Shown piece by piece: positions 25,687 to 54,831 of a DNA stretch of 64,000 nt. The stretch is from assembly GCF_009914755.1 (NCBI RefSeq), contig NC_060941.1; one strand, given 5' to 3'. The DNA is from the human T2T-CHM13v2.0 reference genome, Homo sapiens. The position numbers were made by a program, and so were the translations under genes. Positions within the stretch are counted from its first letter, which is position 1, and each line of letters starts with the position of its first letter. The notes beneath the pieces were generated by a model. It did not search any database. It saw only the letters and a program-made list of their open reading frames with translations, and was not told the origin of the DNA.

Positions 25687-25707
25687 CTCAGCACCTCGGA
25701 GAGCTCC
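25687..25707 (+). promoter_or_regulatory. RE1/NRSE (REST-binding) motif
   Basis: CTCAGCACCTCGGAGAGCTCC versus consensus TTCAGCACCnnGGACAGCGCC, with the canonical 2-bp spacer. Confidence 0.75.
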
Positions 25708-25806
25708 CTCCCCGGCCTTGTTTTGCTCTGGCATCGCCGCCGGGGGAGGGAGCGAGGGGGCCGGGCACCGGGCGCAAAGGCAGGGGGATGGCCATGGAAG
25801 GGTTGA

Positions 25807-35316
<9,510 letters not shown>

Positions 35317-35728
35317 GGAACAGCATGGGCAGTGCCAGCCCCACCTGCCAGGGGCCATGGACACCTGCCACCTTTCTTCAACAAGAGTCCCCCAATCCAG
35401 GCTACCCTTCCAGAGAACGCTACCCACCCAGCCAGGGTTCTCTCGGGGAAGATCTCGTCTGCTCACCTTAGCTTTCTGCCTTGGCAGCACGGGCTGCGGA
35501 AGAAAGCACGCTGGGCCAGGAGGCAGGGGTGCCCAAGCCACAGGGAGCCCCTGGGGAAGCCTGCTCCATTCTTCTGGTGACCTTGGCGCTCCTTCACTCA
35601 TCTCCCCTGCCCCCTCAGGAACTGGTGGCCCAGCTTCCACACCCCCACCTCCCAGTCTCTAGCCTCTCCATCTGTCTGTGTATGGCCTGGAGTCACTCCT
35701 TCCTCAGCCCCCAGGGCAAGAGAGCTCA

Positions 35729-35734
35729 AATAAA
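35729..35734 (+). terminator. RUNDC3A: RUNDC3A poly(A) signal
   Basis: First AATAAA after the stop, about 410 nt downstream. Confidence 0.8.
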
Positions 35735-36123
35735 AACCAGAGGACTGAGGGCAGCCTTGTATGTGGGGGGCTGGGGAAGGGCCCCGTCCTGAGGTCTGAA
35801 GGAAGTGGAGTCAGTGCCTGACCGAAGACCAAGGTCAGGCAGCACTAGCATGTGCCCTGTGGGGACAGGCAGGCCAGCACTCAGGGAGGGGGTAGCTTCT
35901 GTGTCCAAAATATTAGGTCTGCCTAGGGCAGGCCCAAGACATGCAACTGCCCCCCAACCCAACAGCCTTTAAGAACTTGCTCAAAACCAGGCTGAGGCGG
36001 CCGAGCACGCCAGGGGCAGGATGGAGGCACACCCTGTAGGGCCAGTGCCCTGTGCTGGCCTCAGCAATGGTGCTTTGGCCCAAAGTTGCAGACCCCTCTG
36101 TTAGGCCAGAGCCTGGCAGTTAA

Positions 36124-36387
<264 letters not shown>

Positions 36388-37078
36388 TAGGATGGTCTCA
36401 ATCTCCTGCCCTTGTGATCCACCTGCCTCGGCCTCCCAAAGTGCTGGGATTACAGGCGTGAGCCACCGTGCCCAGCCCCTACCACCCCCAATTCTAACCC
36501 TAACATGGGGGGGAGGTCCCCAAAGGGACCTCACCACCAGAATGTCTACTTGTGGTCCCTTACACTCTAGGTCCTCACCCCGACTCTCGCCAAACTGGAG
36601 AGGTCCTCTTCATAGGTGCCACTCTGGGCAGCCAAACCAGCACCAGGGTCCCTCCCAAGCCTCCCTCCCAGCCACCCCAGGCCCCAGAGGGACAGGCACC
36701 AGGCAGAAGTTCATCATCTTTAGACTTAAGGAATTAACAAGGGTCAGGGAGACTACACCAGGCTGAGGGCTTCTTGGTTCCTGGAGACATGCCCAGCTAC
36801 AGCAAACACAGGGAAACACGAAGGGGGCAGCTGGAAGATTTGGTCTTGAACTTGGGGGGTGGGTAAGTGATGATCCCCACGACTGGAGCAGCAGGAAGAA
36901 GTTGTGTCTGAGGAAGTGCTGGGCCGCCCAGAGGGACAGCCCTGCCCTGGAGCTTGTCGCCGGGAGGGAAGGGAAACAAGCCCCCTCCCTCAGTGCTGAG
37001 GAAAAGGCACTTGGCTGGGTCTCCTCCTGCCCTCTCCCCATCCGTGGGAGAGACGGGGTCCTTGCCTCCTTGCCCCTT

Positions 37079-40640
<3,562 letters not shown>

Positions 40641-40645
40641 CTTGA

Positions 40646-40932
<287 letters not shown>

Positions 40933-41379
40933 TGATCTCGATCTCCTGACCTCGTGATCCGCCCGCCTCAGCCTCCCAAAGCACTGGGATTACAGGCGTG
41001 AGCCACCGCACCCGGCCCACTGTGAGACTTTAACCCAACCCTCATCCACCGCCCTCGAAACATCTGTTGCCTCAACAACCCTGGCAATGACCTCTAAAGC
41101 AGGGACTGTCCGCCCCCCTCCGCCGGGGAAAACTAAGGCTCGGGGAGACGAGGTGGCCTGCCCAAGGTCACTCAGGAGTGGTTCCGAAGGAAGCTAGGGT
41201 GCCAGACCTATCGCTCGAATGCAGTAGGAGCCAGGGTCCTTCCCTCGTCCACCTCGCACGTGTCCACTGCGCACCTCCTACGTGCAGGCGCGGATTTGGC
41301 CCTCGTGGCCCCAAAATCAGAGTACCTGTGCTGCCCCCACAGCCCCCACTCCAGCACCAAGGCCCCGGGCAGGCACCTG

Positions 41380-42960
41380 AGAGCCCAAGTTACTGGGCGT
41401 GGAGGGACGGCCGGGCATCGAGGGTGACGTGTAAACAGATCCGGTGACCAAGAAGGGCCCGTCGCCTCCTCAGGACTGCGGGCTGGGATGCCCGGCCCTC
41501 CCCGCCCGGCCGGACGGGCCAGACCCGGGGCCCGGAGAGAAAGAGCAGTCTCTGGGTTCCCGCCCCAAAATGCAGGCCCGGGGCGCAGCCGGGAGAGCGG
41601 GAAGTAGGAACGTAGGACCAGGACGTCTCCCCGACCCTCGGCGACACTCCCGGCCCCGAACGGCGGAGAGCCGCCAGGTGAGGGGGACCACGCCAGCTCG
41701 ACGGCCCCAGCACCTGCCCTGGCTCGCACGGCCGCCCGGAGACCCCCGCTTCCGTCTCCGCCCCCAGCCCCGGCCCAGTGCCGCCTACCTGGCTCTAGGC
41801 TGGTGCTCGTGCGGCGCGGCGCCCAGGGTCAGGCGGGCCCATACCGGCTCCGCCGCCTGTGCGCGGTCCGCGCGCGCTCGCAGCGCACCTAGGCCGACGC
41901 CGAAAGCAGCCAAGGGGGCCCCGCCCCTACACCGCGCCACGAGGCCCCGCCCGCCGCGGGCCGACCAGCCGCAAGCCCGGAGTGTCCCCGGCTCCGCCCA
42001 CTCGCGTCTCCGCCCGGACCTGCGACGGTCCCGCCCCCTTGACGGGGCCGCGCGGGCGAGTTCCATGCCTGTCCAGCGCTGAGAGCTGCCGGCCAACTTC
42101 GCGGTCTCCACGTCGCGCTTAACGTGGCAGCAGCACGCACTTCCAGCATCTTTTTTTAGACAGCATCTTTTTCAGCCTCGCTCTGTCGCCGAGGCTGGAG
42201 GGCAGTGGCGCGATCTAGGCTCACTGCAGCCTTGACCTCCCGGGTTCAAGCGATCCTCCTGCCTCAGCCTCCGGAGTAGCTGGGACCACAGGCGCGCGCC
42301 GCCACGCCCGGCTGGTTTGTTACTTTTATTTTTGTCTCCCTATTTTGCCCAGGCTAGTCTGGAACTCCTGGGCTCAAGCGATCCGCCCACCTCGGTCTTC
42401 GAAAGTGCTGGGATTCCAGGCGTGAGCCGCCGCGCCGGCCTTAACAGCGCATTTTCACCAGCCCCGCCCCGGCCGCGCGCGGCACTGGAAACCCCAGCGC
42501 CTTCTGGACGGCGAGGGTGACGCACTGGCCCTCTTCCTCGGTGTCCTCAGGTGCGTGGCGGCGGCAGTGAGAATGAGTTCTTCGAGATCGCCGGGAGACC
42601 ACACAATAACGACGAAGTTACTTGCCGGGCTACCCGCCGAGACTTGAAAACTTCGCGGCGACTTCTCTCGCCGGCCTTAGCATCGCCCCCATTTTTCAGG
42701 TTACAGGACAGGCCTGCAACTGCAAAACGCTTTGTAAACCACAGGGCCCCGCGCGGGTGTGCGCCACTGGGTTAGCTGAGCTGCAGCCCGGGCCGGGCGG
42801 GCTGGGACGTGAGCAAGCCGGGGGAGACGGGAGAGCCATGGGGAGCCAGATCCCACCTTCGCGTGACCTTGGGCAAATCACAACCTCGCCTAAGGCCCGG
42901 AATGACTCTGCGCGGAGAGGAAGAGCACTGAGTGCGGGAGGGCATCGACGTTTTGGTGTT
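41380..42960 (-). promoter_or_regulatory. SLC25A39: SLC25A39 CpG-island promoter
   Basis: Very high CpG density with several CCGCCC boxes. Confidence 0.85.
41789..41930 (-). other. SLC25A39: SLC25A39 non-coding exon 1 (5' boundary approximate)
   Basis: Donor GAGCCAG|GTAGGC at 41789/41788, inside the CpG island. Confidence 0.7.
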
Positions 42961-43156
42961 GGTTGCTCTCGTATCGTGATTTCTTCTGAGTCTCAAAACT
43001 CTTTGCAGTAGGTTATTGTTGAAATAGATTACCACAGGCCGGGCGCGGTGGCTCACGCCTGTAATCCAGCACTTTAGGAGGCCGAGGCGGGCGGATCACT
43101 TGAAGTCAGGAGTTCGAGACCAGCCTGGCCAACATGGTGAAACCCCGTCTCTACTA

Positions 43157-43622
<466 letters not shown>

Positions 43623-44289
43623 TTACCCCGTTTTACAGAAAGTGAAACTGAGGCTCGACGTGAAGAGCCGGAGATTCGAACCGGCCGGGTGCTTTTCCCA
43701 GGGCTCCACACTGCCTCCCCGGGAGACAGGAAGGCTTAAGTCCAGCGCTGCCCTCTCCGATCCCGCTTGTCAGGGAGACACTTTATTTCCCGGGGCAGCC
43801 CCGTACCCCAGGCCCCACCACCCACTTCGCGTTTAGAACTTCTGTGCTATCTTGCTTATTTGTCCTAACAGAGAAACCAGCACGCGCGGGCGGTGGCGGA
43901 GGGGGGCGGGCGGGCGGGTGGAGGCGGGGGGGGGCGGGCGGGGAGATGGGTACTCCTAGCCTGCGCCTTTAAGAAGGGTAGGCCTCGACTTTGACGTCTC
44001 TGCCTTCCCCGCCCTTCAGGCCCCCACTGGTCGCGTCCGGCGCTGGAGGAGCCCAGTCAGCCGGCGCCTGCCGGGTTAGCACGTGGACTCCGAGGGGCCA
44101 ACTATCAGCTTTCCCTGACAAAATGCCTTTGAGCTCCCCCACAGCTCTGAAACTCCAGCTTGGGAGCAGGGAGAGTGCAATCTGTGACCTGTAAAGGGGC
44201 GCTGGGCAAAAGGGCCCGAGAGAAGGCGTCCTTTCCATTCCCTTCCCATCTCAAGCTGAGTTCAGAAATGACACGAAATAATTTAATCA

Positions 44290-44628
<339 letters not shown>

Positions 44629-46301
44629 CTACTCTCCGCCAAGGTTCTTTACAACTTAGACGTTTTGGTTTACGGAACAGGGGAGGAAACTGAGGGCTCT
44701 TGTGTGTAGTGACTTTACTCGTGTGGAGGAGAACCCAGACTTTCCCTGCACACACTCTCCCGTTTTATGGATGAGAAAAGGGGGGCCCCAAAGGTCAAAT
44801 CGCCCCAAGGTCACTCAAATGAAAGAGTCAGCATTAGACCCCCCAACGTGCCTGAGCCAGATGGGCTCCCACCCTGTCCAGTTCTCAACCCAGGTGCTGT
44901 GTTCCAGCAGCACCCTGACCTGGCTTTCCATCTCACCTGCCTCTTACAAGCAAGTGTCTTAAGGCCTCTAAGCCTTAGTTTCCCCATTTACAAAATGGGC
45001 TGATGGTGATGATAACGCACCTTCCTCTAGGGATTATGTAAGGATTTAATGCATTAATGGCTGTGACGTGCTTAGAACCCTGGCAAGTGGCAAGCATTCT
45101 ATGACAACTACTACTATTGCTGTTACTGTATTGTTGTTAATTGCTCTCTAGAACCTGTGGCATGGAAAGTTCCCCAGATTCTGGCCCCACCTCTGCCTCC
45201 AGTATGCAGTGATGGATAATAATAACTTCTTATACCCAGAACGAAGGTCACCAGTGCAAAGTAGCACAGCCAGGAATCAAACCTGGGGACCTCTGAGCCT
45301 GTTTCCCCAACAGTACATTGAGGGCCTTGCACTCCATTTCTGGTTTTCTTTTTGTGATGCTCTTAAATAGGATCCTTAGAGATTTGTGGATACACCTGTT
45401 TCCTCATCTGAAAATAAGGACGATATCACCTGCTCTGCCTAACGTACAGATTCTTAATATCATGTCTCTGAAAGCTACATGAAGAGTCAATAAACAGTTC
45501 TGTGAGACCTGCCAGGGGCCCAGAGCCGCGTGGATCACAGTCCTTACCTTCTCCAGAATGTAAATGCTTTGAAGCTTAGAGAACCATGAGGCCTCATGGG
45601 TGTGACCAAAGCAGTGGCCGCTGGAGAGGTTATCCATGGGTGATGGGACACCTCGGGACCTCGTGAAGTCTCTCCCAAGAATGACCGTGGCAGTTCAGGG
45701 TGGAGGAGGAGCTTTGACATGCTCCAGAAGCTATGGAGCCCTGACTCAACACGCCCACCCTCGAGGAGCAAGCCTGGAAGGCTGCAGAGGTGGCCACTGG
45801 CCTGGCTGACTCAGGCAAGGTTTACATTGGTTATGCACCCAGTGGTCCTTCCAGAGGCAACATGTGGCCCCATGTGGCCATCTGCAGCTTCCTCGCACAG
45901 ATGGAAAAGCAGAAACTCTCCCTTTTTAACTGTAAAAGGGGAGAAGAAAGTACCAGCTGCAGGGGTGGTTGTGGAGACTGAAGGACCAGTCCTCACCTGA
46001 TACCCAAGGGGCCAGTTTATTACAAGGCTGAATTTGTCCAAGGCAAGCCCTGGGACAGGGGCAGTGTCCCCTCCAGCTTGAACCCCCAGGGCCTAGGAAG
46101 ACATCTCTGGGGCTGATGGAGGACTCAAGGGCTTCACCCATGGATGGGACCCCACCAGCACCTCTGAGTCCAGGGCCAGCACTGTCTGCATCTAGAGTAG
46201 TCTCCCAAAGCAGGGCCCAGGGCTGCAGAACCACTGAGGCCCCCTACTGCCCAGAGGAAAAGTCCAAATCCCAGGCCCATAGCAAATGTAGTCTGATCTT
46301 T

Positions 46302-46611
<310 letters not shown>

Positions 46612-46701
46612 TGTAGTCTGATCTTTAATGGATTCTGAGGGTGGAAAGGAGTAGGGGAGTGATGGAGGACTTTATTGGAACAAGTGGAGAAAAGGGAATA
46701 A

Positions 46702-47079
<378 letters not shown>

Positions 47080-47259
47080 TGAACTACTGACTTCAGGTGA
47101 TCCACCCACCTCGGCCTCCCAAAGTGCTGGAATTATAGGCGTGAGCCACAGCACCTGGCCAATATTACTTTATCAGTGTTAAAATTTCTGGAGTGATAAC
47201 AATACTGTGATTTTGTAGGAGAATGCCCTGTTCTTAGGAAACACATACTGTAGTGTTTA

Positions 47260-47589
<330 letters not shown>

Positions 47590-47707
47590 TTATCTCAAAA
47601 AAAAAAAAAAAAAAAAAGCCAGTGTAGCAAAATGTTAGCCCCATCTCTACTAAAAATACAAAAATTAGCCAGCCGTGGTTGCGGGTGCCTATAATCCCAG
47701 CTACTCA

Positions 47708-48097
<390 letters not shown>

Positions 48098-48549
48098 CTA
48101 GAGGGAGAGGGTCCTGGCTAAGACTTTCCAGCATGTCCCCCAGCCTGGGTCCCAGAGCTCTGCTGGGACAGCGTGGATTAATATGGAAGGTAGTTTTAGC
48201 CATAGCTATGAAAATTCTAAACGCCAAACCCTTGATCCAGCCAGGCCACTTCTAAGCGTTTCTCTAGTCATCTGCTCATACAAGTGTGAAATGATGGTAC
48301 CAGCTTGGCCTTCTTCATTGCAGCCTTCTTTGTAACAGCAGAACATCCCGTGAAAGGGAACTGTTAAGTACGTGACCCTATCTCCATGTGACAAATCCAC
48401 ACAGCCTTGAAAGGGCGGCATTCCCTGACCTATCCAGGTGGGGTGGGGGGTGAGGGCTGCAGATCTCTATATCATTATGTAAAACAATCTCAAAGACAGA
48501 GTTAAATTAAACAGCAGGTGCTGAGAGCGTGCTGGACACTCGTTCCAAA

Positions 48550-48712
48550 CAGCAGCGTTACTGCCCCCTAGAGGACATTTTTTGAAATTTATGCGGCCAC
48601 TGTCATTTCTGGTTGTCACAAGACTGGGGCTTCTGGCATTTGATAGATGGCAGGTCAGGGAAGCTAAATGCCCTGTAAGGTGTAGGACAGTCTGACACAA
48701 TAGGGAATTTCC
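48550..48712. mobile_element. MER20-like hAT DNA transposon remnant
   Basis: GCCCCCTAGAGGACATTT...TTTCTGGTTGTCACAA...CTGGCATTTGATAG...GCTAAATGCCCTGTAA. Confidence 0.6.
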
Positions 48713-49188
48713 AACAACAAGAACACATCTCTCAATTTCCTTCTGTCTTTCTGGGCAATTACATACATGAGGAAATGTTTGCAATTCTCAGACCTGGAAA
48801 ATGGTTCTGTTTTACCCATATACCCACACCTTTTTTTTTTTTTTTAGACAGGGTCTCTCACTCTGTCGCTGGTTGGAGTGCAGTAGCACGATCACAGCTC
48901 ACTACAGCCTCGACCTCCCCGGCTCAAGCGATCCTCCCACCTCAGCCTCCCGAGTAGCACACTCCTCTGCCTGACTAATTCGTTTGTATTTGTTGTAGAG
49001 ACAGGGTTTCGCTATGCTGCCCAGGTTGTAACCATACTTCTTTTGAATACTTATATTCTGCTATGCATTGAGTTTTCCAGGAATAAAACCACTCTGCAGT
49101 TGTATGGAAAATTGGGTTTTGTCTTCAAGAACTTTACCGAAGGTCATTTGCCATTTCATTTTTTGTTTGGTTTGTTTTGTTTTTTTGA

Positions 49189-49515
<327 letters not shown>

Positions 49516-49627
49516 TAGTGGTTAGGAAAAGAGGGCCCGGCACGGTGGCTCACGCCTGTAATCTCAGCACTGTGGGAGGCCGAGGTGGGTGGATCACGAG
49601 GTCAGGAGATCGAGACCATCCTGGCTA

Positions 49628-49816
<189 letters not shown>

Positions 49817-49819
49817 TCA

Positions 49820-49990
49820 AAAAAAAAAAGAAGAAGAAAGAAAAGAAGAGAAAAGAAAAAAGGAAGGAAGGAGAAAGAAGAAAGAAAGAAAGAGAAAAGA
49901 AAGAAGAAAGAAAAAGAGAAAGAAAGAAAGAAAGAAAAGAGATGGAAAGAAAAAATGGAAGCAAGAAAGAGAATGAAGGAAATAAAATAA
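49820..49990 (+). repeat. About 170-bp purine-rich (GA/AAAG) extension of an AluY tail
   Basis: Directly visible; it explains the K/E/R-rich ORFs at this position. Confidence 0.9.
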
Positions 49991-50557
49991 AAGGCAAAGT
50001 GTTGTGGTATGTGGTGATTACAAATACGGGATCAGGGCCAGACCTGGATTCATTTCAGCTGTGTGACCTCAGGTCACACAGGTTGCCTAATTTCCCTTAA
50101 CGGCTTTTTTTTTTTTTTTTTTTTTTGGTGCCAGGCTGAAGTGCAGTGGCACAATCTCGTCTCACCGCAACCTCCGCCTCCCGGGTTTAAGCAATTCTCC
50201 TGCCTCAGCCTCCCAAGTACACGCCCAGCTAATTTTGTATTTTTAGTAGAGACAGGGTTTCCTCATGTTGGTCAGGCTGGTCTCAAACTCCCGACCTCAG
50301 GTAATCTGTCTGCCTCGGCCTCCCAAAGTGCTGGGATTACAGGTGTGAGCCACCGTGCCTGGCCTTTTTTTTTTTTTTTTTTTTTAAGACGGGACCTCAC
50401 TGTTGCTCAGGCTGGAGTGCAGTGGTGTGATCATAGCTCACTGCAGCATTGAATCCCTGAGCTCAAGTGATCCTAGTGCTTCACCTTCTCAAGTAGCTGG
50501 GACTACAGGAGCGTGCCACCTCGCCTGGCTAATACATATATATATATATTTTTTTGA

Positions 50558-50863
<306 letters not shown>

Positions 50864-51072
50864 TAAGATGGGAATAATAATTGTACTACCTCAAAGGATT
50901 GTGTTACAGATTAAAGAGCATAATACAGAACCTGGCACAATATAAATCTCAATAAACAGTAACAGGACCTACCTTTTAAAAACACTGAAATGAAGTATGC
51001 CAGCTATCATCCTAGCAGAAGAGATTGAATTAAAGTCCCCTTATATGTATTTGAGTACAGATTTCTCTGCTA

Positions 51073-51687
<615 letters not shown>

Positions 51688-52969
51688 TCACCTAGGCCCT
51701 GGCCTATTGCTTCAGAGACAGGTCCCCACCGGGTTAACAAGAGGAACCCCTTTGATGTCCTAAAAAGAATTCCTCCTGTTTTTAATGTGCCAGTTTACAA
51801 GATCTCTTCACATCCATCATCCCGTTTGAACCTCACATGACTGTGTGGAGGGCAAGCGGGGGTTATTGTGTACACATTTTACAGATGAGGAAACCGAGTC
51901 TTGGAGGAGTTGAGTAATCCATTCAAGTCAGTTGGAGCAGACATCTCCTGACTCACAGGGGGCCCACCTGGAGAAAGGCCAGGGGCACTCAGGTGGGCTG
52001 GCAGGGCTGGGAGGGCTGGGAGGGAGGATCAGGGCCGTGAGCTGAGCTGGCATCGGCATCCAGTGGAGCTGGTGAGGTGGGCAAAACTCTGGGCTCTGAT
52101 TGATTTGCACTCAGACACCAACACCACTGCATCCTAGCTAATGACTGGATAAGACTTTAGCATCTCATATGCCTGTGAATGGAGATCATTCTCTGGAGTG
52201 TTACAGGAACTCTGCATTTGAAACACAGGCCTGATTCTTGCCATCTCTACTCCTGCTCCCAGCTCTCACAGCCAGAGTCAACAGTGCCCGCCTGTCCTTC
52301 CACTGCCACCACCCAAACTGTCTACCTGCTGCCCTTAACAACAGATAGGATCCAACTCCTAGAGTCCCCAAGCAATTCAGGGACCACTCAGAGGTGAAAC
52401 AACCCCAACCATTCTCAACCTTAGCAAAAGGAACAGGGTGGTGAAGGGTACTCCCCATGCCCATAGGGACACAGGACACTGGCCAGACCACCAAGTGGCG
52501 CCTGGCCCCCCATGGGCCTTCCTGACCCGGTAGCCACCCCTCCCAGGGGAAGGACACAGTGTTCTCAGATGTGGGCCCAGGGGCTGTGTCATGGAGGAGC
52601 TGGGAAGGGTTTAGAGGACCTGGGTTTCTGTCTTTGGTTTTTTTTTTTCTTTCCACTCTAGTAAAATCAAATTTTATATCATTGATTTTGTAAAGTTTAA
52701 TTGGAAAATGAATTTCTTTGTGTTGAATAAGTGCAATTTGCTGGTCAAAATTCATTCAAACATAGGAGTGAGAGAGGAGGAAGTGACTGTTTATTGAGGA
52801 ACTGTGATGTGCCAGGCACTCCACAAGATGTTTTGCTCATTCAGGCCTCCTGAGCACCCTGGGAGACAGGCATTCCAATGAGCCCATTTCACAGATGAAG
52901 GCATTTAGGGTCAAAACAATAAGCCAAAGTCACCCAGCTGGCAGGAGGCCACGCTGGAATCCAAGCTCA

Positions 52970-53492
<523 letters not shown>

Positions 53493-54514
53493 TTAGGAGG
53501 ATCACTTGAGCCCAGGAGTTCGAGACCAGCTTGGGCAATACAACCAGACCCCATCTCTACCAAAAAATAAAATAAAATTAGTCGGACACGGTGGTGTGCA
53601 CCTGTAGTCCCAGCTACTCTGGGGACTTAAGTGGGAGGATCAATTGAGCTCAGGAGTTCAAGGCTGCAGTGAGCCATGATCATACCACTGTACTCCAGCT
53701 TAGGTGACAGAGTAAGACCCTGTGTCTAAAAAGCAAACAAACAAAAAACAAACAGTTATTGAGTGAAAAACAAAACAGAGAAGTGGCTTATCCACTGTCA
53801 CTGGGCAAGTTCACGGCTTATGCTGGGATGGGAACATGGGTCTCCTGACTGTGGTCAGTACTTCTGTTCCCAAATACCCTGCCACAGCCTCTAGCCTGGG
53901 CACTGGGCTGTTCCTGCTTCTCCTCCCTCATTACCCCCCCATAGCCCAGTAACCCCCCACCCCTAGCTCTGGTTTCCCTTTCTGCCTAAAGGGAGACGCT
54001 CTGTCCTGATATGGAGCATTCCCCCCAGGACCCCCAGCCCTACCACTCATGAGTTGGAATAGTTCCGAAAGGACATAGCCTGTCTGCTCCTGCTATCTCT
54101 GCCTGCCGTGTGGGGAGCTGGTCCAGAATGATGGAGCCCCTGGGGAGCAAGGGGTCGTGTCCAGCTTGGGAGGGCTTCTGGAGACCTGGCCCGAGTCCCA
54201 GATCCTTCTTGAACTAGAAAAATGCCTGCTGTTTTTAGTGCATTCTCAGTTGACAAAGCATTTTCTTACCTCTAATCCCATTGGATCTTTATAATGAAGA
54301 AGGAATTCCCTGTCAATCTGCATTGTATTTTATTTAATTAATTTATTTATTGGTTTTGAGACAGAGTCTCGCTCTGTTGCCCAGGCTGGAGTGCGGTGGC
54401 ATGATCTCGCCTCACTGCAACCTCCGCCTCCTGGTTCAAGCAATTCTAGTGCCTCAGCCTCTCAAGTAGCTGGGATTATAGGGGTGTGCCACCACACCTG
54501 GCTAATTTTTTTAA

Positions 54515-54808
<294 letters not shown>

Positions 54809-54831
54809 TGAGAGTGGCCTGTGTCTAGCAC

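Noticed and set aside
41208-42149. Overlapping 100-212 aa ORFs
   Set aside because: CpG-island stop-codon depletion gives R/P/A/G-rich noise.
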